Assembly: GCA_963668695.2 (NCBI GenBank)
Contig: CAXXLQ010000004.1
Location: 2,944,001-3,008,000 of the forward strand
DNA: 64,000 nucleotides
Reading direction: 5' to 3'
Source: Vicinamibacteria bacterium
GTDB taxonomy: Bacteria > Acidobacteriota > Vicinamibacteria > Marinacidobacterales > Marinacidobacteraceae
Part shown: piece by piece, positions 58,138 to 64,000 of the stretch
Numbering within the stretch: the stretch's first letter is position 1
Layout of the letters: every line of letters begins with the position of its first letter
The notes under the pieces: generated by a model
Database searches by the model: none
The model's input: the letters and a program-made list of their open reading frames with translations, nothing else
What the model was told of the DNA's origin: nothing
Position numbers and translations under genes: made by a program

Positions 58138-60723
58138 ATGTCCAAGACGACGCCGTTCCCATCCCGCCTCCGCTTCTGGCCGGGTGTTTTGCTGCTTGCC
58201 GCCGCGCTACTGAGCGCGCCGGCCTTCTCCCAGGATGGAACGCCCACCATCGAGGACAAGACCTCCGGGATGACTGCCATTTCCGGCTTCGTCCCGATCT
58301 ACTGGGATGACGCCACCGGCAAGCTGTATGCCGAGTTCGCCGAGATGGACGAAGAGTTCCTGTATTCGGTTTCGGCGGCTTCCGGCCTCGGCAGCAACCC
58401 GATCGGGCTGGACCGGGGGCAGATCAGCCGGCGCGCCGTGCTGAAGCCGATACGCGTTGGGCCGCGCATCCTGCTCATGGAGCCGAACTACCGCTATCGG
58501 GCCGTCAGCGACAACCCCGACGAGGTTCGCGCGGTGCAGGACGCCTTCGCCCCCTCGGTGCACTGGGGGTTCCAGGTGGCTGCCGAGACCGGGGAGCGTG
58601 TCCTGGTGGACATGACGGATTTCCTACTGCGCGATGCCCACGGTTCCGCGGCGCGGATCCAGCGCGCCGGGCAGGGGACCTACCGGCTGGATCGGGACCG
58701 CAGCGTTTTCCACCTGCCGAACACCAAGGGTTTCCCCGACAACACCGAACTGGAGACCATGCTGACCTTCACCACCGATCAACCCGGCCGCCTGGTCTCC
58801 GGCGTCGCCGCCAGCGGGGACGCGGTGACTCTCCGGCACCACCATTCGCTGGCCCGGCTGCCGGGACCCGGCTTCGAGATCCGGGTGGCGGACCCGCGCA
58901 TCGGGGTGAACGGCCCGACCTACATGGACTACGCGACTCCCATTGACCAGCGGATGACCGTCCGGCTCGCGGCCCGCCACCGCCTGGAGAAGCGGGATCC
59001 CTCGGCCGAACGGTCGGAACCGGTGGAACCGATCGTCTACTACCTCGACCGGGGAGCTCCGGAGCCGGTCCGCACCGCGCTGCTCGAAGGCGCGCGGTGG
59101 TGGAACGAGGCGTACGAGGCGGCAGGATTCATCAATGCGTTCCAGGTCGAGCTGCTGCCGGAGGGTGCGGACGCCCAGGACATCCGCTACAACATGATCC
59201 ACTGGACCCATCGCCGCACGCGCGGCTGGTCCTACGGCGGGGGTGTCCAGGATCCCCGTACCGGAGAAATCATCAAGGGCAACGTGAACCTGGGCAGCCT
59301 GCGGCTCCGCCAGGATCACCTGCATGGCATCGGTCTGGTGGCGCCCTATACCGGGGCGTCCGGGATGGCTCCCAGCGGCCTGCTCGACATGGGCCTGCCG
59401 CCGGATCCCGACGGGCCGCACTCCTGCGGTCTCTCGGCGGTGCCCGGCTTCTCCTATCTGGCGCAAGTGGGTGAGGGAGCCTCACCGGTGGACCTCGCCC
59501 TCGCGCGCGTGGCGCAGCTCTCCGCCCACGAGGTCGGCCACACCCTCGGTTTCCCGCACAACTACATGGCTTCGACCTATGGCGGCCGAGCGAGCGTCAT
59601 GGACTACCCGGCGCCGCTCGCCGTCCTCGAGGACGGCGTGGTCAAGCTGGATGACGCCTACGGGGTAGGGGTCGGTTCCTACGACATCCTCTCGGTCCGC
59701 TGGGCCTACGGCCACTTTCCCCCGGATGAGACCGCCGCCGCGCTCGACGCCATCATGCAGGAAGGGCTGATGTCGGAAACCCGCTTCATGGCCCACACCG
59801 ACAACTACATCGGCGCCGGCGCCCACCCGCTCGCCTCAGTGTGGGACAACGGCGGAGATCTCGTCCGGCATCTCGCGCGCGAGATCGACATTCGGCGGGC
59901 GGGTCTCGACGCCTTCGGAGAAAACGTCATCCGGCCCGGCGAACCCATGTCGCTGCTGGAGCCGGTACTGGTGCCGCTCTATCTGCACCACCGCTTCCAG
60001 ATGAAGGCGGCGATGAACACCATCGGCGGCCAAGAGTACTACTACGCGGTCCGCGGCGACGGACAGCGCCCGGTGGCGCCCATTCCGGGCGACCGCCAGC
60101 GGGAGGCGCTGGAAATCGTCCTCCGTACTCTCGACACAGACTTCCTGGCGCTGCCGGAACGGATCGTGGAGCTCATCCCGCCGCCGGCTTACCGCGAAGC
60201 AGGGGGCGAGAATTTCGGCGGAAACACCGGCCTCGTCTTTGACCCGCTCGCCGCGGCGGATACCTCGGCGGACTACACCGTGGAACTCCTGCTCCATCCG
60301 GAACGCATGGCCCGCCTCGTGAACAACCATGCCCTGGACCCCGAACAGCCCGGACTCGAGGAAGTTCTCGACCGGTTGGTCGACAAGACCTGGGGCGCCG
60401 GCGAGCCGGGGGACGGCTACCGGCGGGCGGTGCAAGACGCCGCCGAGCGGAGCGTGCTGAACGGGATGATGCGGGAGGCGATGAACCCCGACAACCCGGC
60501 GAGGGTGCGTGCGGTCCTCGAAGATCGCCTGATGGCGCTCGGCGGGACGCTCGCCGGCATGGATGACGGGACTCCCCACGAGGCGCTCGCGATGGCCGAC
60601 ATTCGTCGCTTCGCCGACCGCGACGAGAGCCTGGATCCGAACGCCAGCCGCCCGGCGCTGCCGCCGGGTTCGCCCATCGGGGGCGCGAACGCGTCCGGAA
60701 CACGCCGTATCCCGGGGCGCTGA
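58138..60723 (+). CDS. Secreted zinc-dependent metalloprotease (EcxA-like, DUF5117/DUF4953 type)
   Basis: Signal peptide; ADPRIG; PIVYYLD; DPRTGEIIKG; HEVGHTLGFPHNY; SVMDY. Confidence 0.88.
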   Translation: MSKTTPFPSRLRFWPGVLLLAAALLSAPAFSQDGTPTIEDKTSGMTAISGFVPIYWDDATGKLYAEFAEMDEEFLYSVSAASGLGSNPIGLDRGQISRRAVLKPIRVGPRILLMEPNYRYRAVSDNPDEVRAVQDAFAPSVHWGFQVAAETGERVLVDMTDFLLRDAHGSAARIQRAGQGTYRLDRDRSVFHLPNTKGFPDNTELETMLTFTTDQPGRLVSGVAASGDAVTLRHHHSLARLPGPGFEIRVADPRIGVNGPTYMDYATPIDQRMTVRLAARHRLEKRDPSAERSEPVEPIVYYLDRGAPEPVRTALLEGARWWNEAYEAAGFINAFQVELLPEGADAQDIRYNMIHWTHRRTRGWSYGGGVQDPRTGEIIKGNVNLGSLRLRQDHLHGIGLVAPYTGASGMAPSGLLDMGLPPDPDGPHSCGLSAVPGFSYLAQVGEGASPVDLALARVAQLSAHEVGHTLGFPHNYMASTYGGRASVMDYPAPLAVLEDGVVKLDDAYGVGVGSYDILSVRWAYGHFPPDETAAALDAIMQEGLMSETRFMAHTDNYIGAGAHPLASVWDNGGDLVRHLAREIDIRRAGLDAFGENVIRPGEPMSLLEPVLVPLYLHHRFQMKAAMNTIGGQEYYYAVRGDGQRPVAPIPGDRQREALEIVLRTLDTDFLALPERIVELIPPPAYREAGGENFGGNTGLVFDPLAAADTSADYTVELLLHPERMARLVNNHALDPEQPGLEEVLDRLVDKTWGAGEPGDGYRRAVQDAAERSVLNGMMREAMNPDNPARVRAVLEDRLMALGGTLAGMDDGTPHEALAMADIRRFADRDESLDPNASRPALPPGSPIGGANASGTRRIPGR

Positions 60724-60729
60724 TCCGCC

Positions 60730-60760
60730 AGGGCGGCGGGGCCGGTGCTCCGCCGCCCCT
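60730..60760. terminator. GC hairpin after the metalloprotease stop
   Basis: AGGGCGGCGGGGC-CGGT-GCTCCGCCGCCCCT between convergent genes. Confidence 0.5.
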
Positions 60761-60762
60761 AG

Positions 60763-60941
60763 CAGCCTGTGGACAAAGTCACGCCGCGTTCGACCGGCGA
60801 TCCATCCCGGCTGAACCGCGCCGCGATGCGTCGCTCATCGTTGCGCTTCGGTCGAAATACACTCGGTATTCCTCCCTCGCGCGCCTTGTCAGCCGGGCGC
60901 CTCACCGGTCTCTGCACTGACGTCACTTTATCCACAGGCTG
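60763..60941 (+). mobile_element. Family A MITE, cassette-free reference-like copy (179 bp)
   Basis: CAGCCTGTGGACAAAGTCACG / CGTCACTTTATCCACAGGCTG with perfect CTAG direct repeats. Confidence 0.9.
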
Positions 60942-62447
60942 CTAGTGGTGGGTCGGGATCGGTAGTGCGAGGACGGACGCACGGGCGCGGATCATCATGT
61001 GGACCGCGGGGTCCGGCCGGAAGAACGAGCCGGCGTGGCCCTGGTCGTATCCGAGTACCAAGAGGTCGCGCGGTCCGGTCAGGCGGGCAAGCTGGCGCGG
61101 CGGGTTGCCCTCCGCACGGATGATGGGAACCCGGACCCGGTAGAGATCCGCCATCCGCTCGATGGCGGAAAGCACCGAGGCGACGTCGCCGCCATCCTCA
61201 AGCCCCCGGCCTATGAACGAAGGTGGCGTCACCAGCACGGCGGCGAGCGGGATGCTGAATTGCCGGGCCAACCCGATGGCGGTATCCGCGGCGCGCAGAG
61301 TGGCCTCCACGTCGGTCACCGGGATGACGAGCCGTTCCCACGGGAAACTGCCGCCCGGAATCAGCACCGGGCAGGCGAACCGCGCCATGGTCGAAAGGAA
61401 CCGCGCCGCGTTCAGGCCGATGCGGGCCGCAAAGGAGGGCTCTCCGTGGTCAATCACCACGCAGCCCGCGTCCGGACGAGCGGCTGCGAACGGGTCATCG
61501 CCGGGGGGAATGCGGGTGACCTGGTCAGCCGGGACGTCGAAATCCGCCGGGGGTTCGACACCCTCCGGGGCCACGATCCGCAGGCGGCGGGCTCGGGAAG
61601 TACGGAAGAGATACTCGGCTTCCCGCCAAGCCACCTCGGGCAGGGGTCGCTCGGCGAAGACCACGATGTGGCTGCCGAACTGCAGCGGGAAGAGCGACTT
61701 CCCTTCACGGAGGAATTCGGCGGCGCCGGGCGCGACCTCCGGTTCTCCGGTGATGAGGAGCCGGTCTCCGGCCTCGATCACGGCGTCGCCGTCGGGAACG
61801 ACGAAGCGGTCCCCCCGGTAGATCCCGGCCACCAGCCACTTCCGGGCGCCCAGGTCCCGAAGCTTCACGTTCACCGCCGGGGACGTCGGCAGCACCTGGA
61901 TTTCCCGTATCTCCCCACGGCCAAGACCGAGCGAAGTAGCCACCTGGTGGGAGCGCTCGACCCGGTTCCGGATCTGGCTCGCGATCACTCCCGGGCGCGC
62001 GATGCTTTCGGCGCCCGTCGCGCGCAGCAGGCCGGCGCGGTGCGATTCGCGCAGGGTACCGATGGTGGAGGGGCGCGGCTCCAACTCCGCCGCCACCCGG
62101 CAGACCTCGATGTTGACCGTATCCTGATCGGCGGTGGCGATCACCCACTCCGCTCCGTCGCCGGCCGCGGCGCGCAGGGCCAGTGCGCTGGTGCCGTCGC
62201 GAAGCAAGGTCTCGAACGTCTGATCGGGCGCCTCCGAGCGGAGGCGTTCGAGCTTCGTCGGGTCGGTGTCGAGCACCACCACCCGCCGCTCGTCGGCGAG
62301 CTGACGGGCGAGCTCGCGTCCGGTCTGGCCGGCTCCGACGATGACGACTCGGGGGAGGTCGTGCGGCGGCGGGGCTTCGCTCTCCGAAGTGGCGTCCGGG
62401 AGGCGTTCAGGCATGGCGGCGTGGAGCCCGAGCCGGCCCGGACTCAC
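60942..62447 (-). CDS. TrkA_N/TrkA_C (RCK) protein fused to C-terminal universal-stress-protein-like region
   Basis: VVIVGAGQTG; DGTS...L; ATADQDTVN; IYRGDRFVVPDGDAVIEAGDRL; C-terminal RLVIPVTD...AEGNP...LLVLG...SVLALP; start uncertain. Confidence 0.75.
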   Translation of the reverse strand: MSPGRLGLHAAMPERLPDATSESEAPPPHDLPRVVIVGAGQTGRELARQLADERRVVVLDTDPTKLERLRSEAPDQTFETLLRDGTSALALRAAAGDGAEWVIATADQDTVNIEVCRVAAELEPRPSTIGTLRESHRAGLLRATGAESIARPGVIASQIRNRVERSHQVATSLGLGRGEIREIQVLPTSPAVNVKLRDLGARKWLVAGIYRGDRFVVPDGDAVIEAGDRLLITGEPEVAPGAAEFLREGKSLFPLQFGSHIVVFAERPLPEVAWREAEYLFRTSRARRLRIVAPEGVEPPADFDVPADQVTRIPPGDDPFAAARPDAGCVVIDHGEPSFAARIGLNAARFLSTMARFACPVLIPGGSFPWERLVIPVTDVEATLRAADTAIGLARQFSIPLAAVLVTPPSFIGRGLEDGGDVASVLSAIERMADLYRVRVPIIRAEGNPPRQLARLTGPRDLLVLGYDQGHAGSFFRPDPAVHMMIRARASVLALPIPTHH

Positions 62448-62531
62448 GCCCCGTAACCGGTGGGTATGGGCACAAGAGACGGGAGGGAGAAACCCCGTCC
62501 AGCCTCAGGCGAACTCGTGAGAGGAAAACTA

Positions 62532-63278
62532 CTACGGCTTTCGGGTGCCCGTGATTTCAGATACCGCGTCCGTGTCCCAAGGCGGGGTCAACACCCTCGC
62601 GATCGGCGCCTGGGGATCCGTCGGGCCGGTGGCGTCCATATAGGGCTCACCCTCGGCGGTCCCGGCGTCGTAGACCTCGGCTCTGAGGTCGAGCGTGTCC
62701 ACCCAGTTGCCGTCTTCGTCCACGGCGCACGCGCTGGCAAAGCTGATGAACCAGTCCGCGCTTGGCTTGAGCCCTTGGGCGTAGCTGAGACAGGGGGCAT
62801 CCTCGCTCAGGGTGATTTCCTGGACTCCGAGCACCGCGATGATCTCGTCGAAGGTGCTGGCCAGCACCGTGAAGCCCATGGCCTCGGCTTCCGCCACCAG
62901 CGCGGCGGAGTCGCCTGTCTCGGCCAGCATCTTCACTCCCTCCGAAGCCATGCCGCCCTCCTCCCAGAGGAGGGTGTCCCGCGGGTGAGCGATAAAAGCG
63001 ATCCGGTCGTCAGCCATCGCCCCTTCCGGGTAAAGCGCGGCGCCGAGGATAATGAAGAGGGGATTGGTGGAATAGTTCGGTGTGAATGTGATGCCGTAGG
63101 TGACCATCTCCGCCTCCTCCGGCTCCGGCGTCGGGGGCGGAGGGGTGGGGGCCGGAGCGGGCGCCGGGGCGGGAGCGGGGGCGGTGCCGCCCGAGTCGCC
63201 GCCGCAAGAGGCGAGCAGCAAGGCTGCGGCAAACACCGCGAGGGCCGACCGAAGTGTTTGCGAAGCGTCCGTCTTCAT
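62532..63278 (-). CDS. Spondin_N-domain lipoprotein
   Basis: GGAGG RBS; lipobox LASC; Pro/Ala linker; ASEGVKMLAETG; KPSADWF; YDAGT. Confidence 0.8.
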   Translation of the reverse strand: MKTDASQTLRSALAVFAAALLLASCGGDSGGTAPAPAPAPAPAPTPPPPTPEPEEAEMVTYGITFTPNYSTNPLFIILGAALYPEGAMADDRIAFIAHPRDTLLWEEGGMASEGVKMLAETGDSAALVAEAEAMGFTVLASTFDEIIAVLGVQEITLSEDAPCLSYAQGLKPSADWFISFASACAVDEDGNWVDTLDLRAEVYDAGTAEGEPYMDATGPTDPQAPIARVLTPPWDTDAVSEITGTRKP

Positions 63279-63416
63279 TGGGGTACCTCCTGATGGCGGC
63301 GCACAGGCCCAGCCCCAAATCCCGGGGAGGGTGGCGACCCGTAAGGAATCGTAATGCATCGACCGGGCGTTCCCCGGCCGCCGGAGTGCGGGCTGCGCCC
63401 AGGCTACGGCCCGGAC

Positions 63417-64000
63417 CTACTCGGCCTTGCGGGTGGCGCTCAACACCTGCACGACCGCGGGCGACACGAAGTAAGGCGCAGCATCGAGGAGCGCGATGGG
63501 TTCGCGAGGATCCGTCTCCCCTGACTTGTACTGAAAGTCCTCGCCTTCGGCGGTACCCGCGTCGTAGGCGATGAGCTCGGCGGAGATCGCCGGGAGCCAG
63601 TTCCCCTCCTCATCGGTCGCGCAGATGTTCGTGAAACCGATGAACCAGTCCGGGCTCGGAGCGATCATCTGGGCGTAGCTGAGGCAGGGGCGGTCGGAGT
63701 CCAACTCGATCGAGGGATCGGGACTCAGAAACACCTGGAGGAGTTCGGCGAAGGTCCGGGCGTGCACCACCATTTCGGCGGCTTCGGCCTCCTGGGCAAG
63801 GTCCTCCGAGGTGCCCGCCTCGGCCAACACCTTCATGCCATCCGAAGCGATGGCATCGAGTGCCCAGGGCGCCGCGTCGCGGGCGTGGGCCACCAGCACG
63901 AGGTCCGGATAGAAGTCGACGCCCTCGGGGAGAGTGCCGGGGATCCGGGGGCTGATTCGGACGTCCGGCAGGACAAACGTGTAGGACCGAGTTTCGGGTT
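63417..64000 (-). CDS. Spondin_N-domain protein, 5' end outside window
   Basis: ASDGMKVLAEAG; MIAPSPDWFIG; YDAGT; frame stays open to the window edge. Confidence 0.82.
   Translation of the reverse strand, partial: PETRSYTFVLPDVRISPRIPGTLPEGVDFYPDLVLVAHARDAAPWALDAIASDGMKVLAEAGTSEDLAQEAEAAEMVVHARTFAELLQVFLSPDPSIELDSDRPCLSYAQMIAPSPDWFIGFTNICATDEEGNWLPAISAELIAYDAGTAEGEDFQYKSGETDPREPIALLDAAPYFVSPAVVQVLSATRKAE

Overview
GC-rich bacterial chromosomal segment with about 45 genes. An acidobacterial-type VWA protein, bshC and spondin-domain lipoproteins suggest Acidobacteriota, possibly a marine or host-associated lineage (inference). Housekeeping and metabolic genes include menG/ubiE, tatA/B-tatC-ctpA, msrA, metH, a homocysteine methyltransferase/MTHFR fusion, argS-lepB-bshC and hflKC. 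Other content: a frameshifted BCCT transporter pseudogene, an IS4-family element, a vapBC pair, a coupled ALDH + kinase/M23/class-III aminotransferase operon resembling hydroxylysine catabolism, and a 16 kb uncharacterised DUF4159/VWA/TPR-peptidase/MoxR/DUF58/BatA/DUF4175-like operon. The most unusual signal is non-coding. A family of hairpin MITE-like elements (CAGCCTG...CAGGCTG ends, YTAR target duplications) shows compensatory base changes between copies. A fixed 20-nt cassette, CCAGTTCTCCCGGTGGGGGC, occurs 20 times by manual count: 19 times at four internal slots of these elements (both orientations, sometimes tandem) and once standalone. No rRNA, tRNA, CRISPR array or recognisable riboswitch was seen. 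All family assignments come from motif recognition by eye, not database searches.
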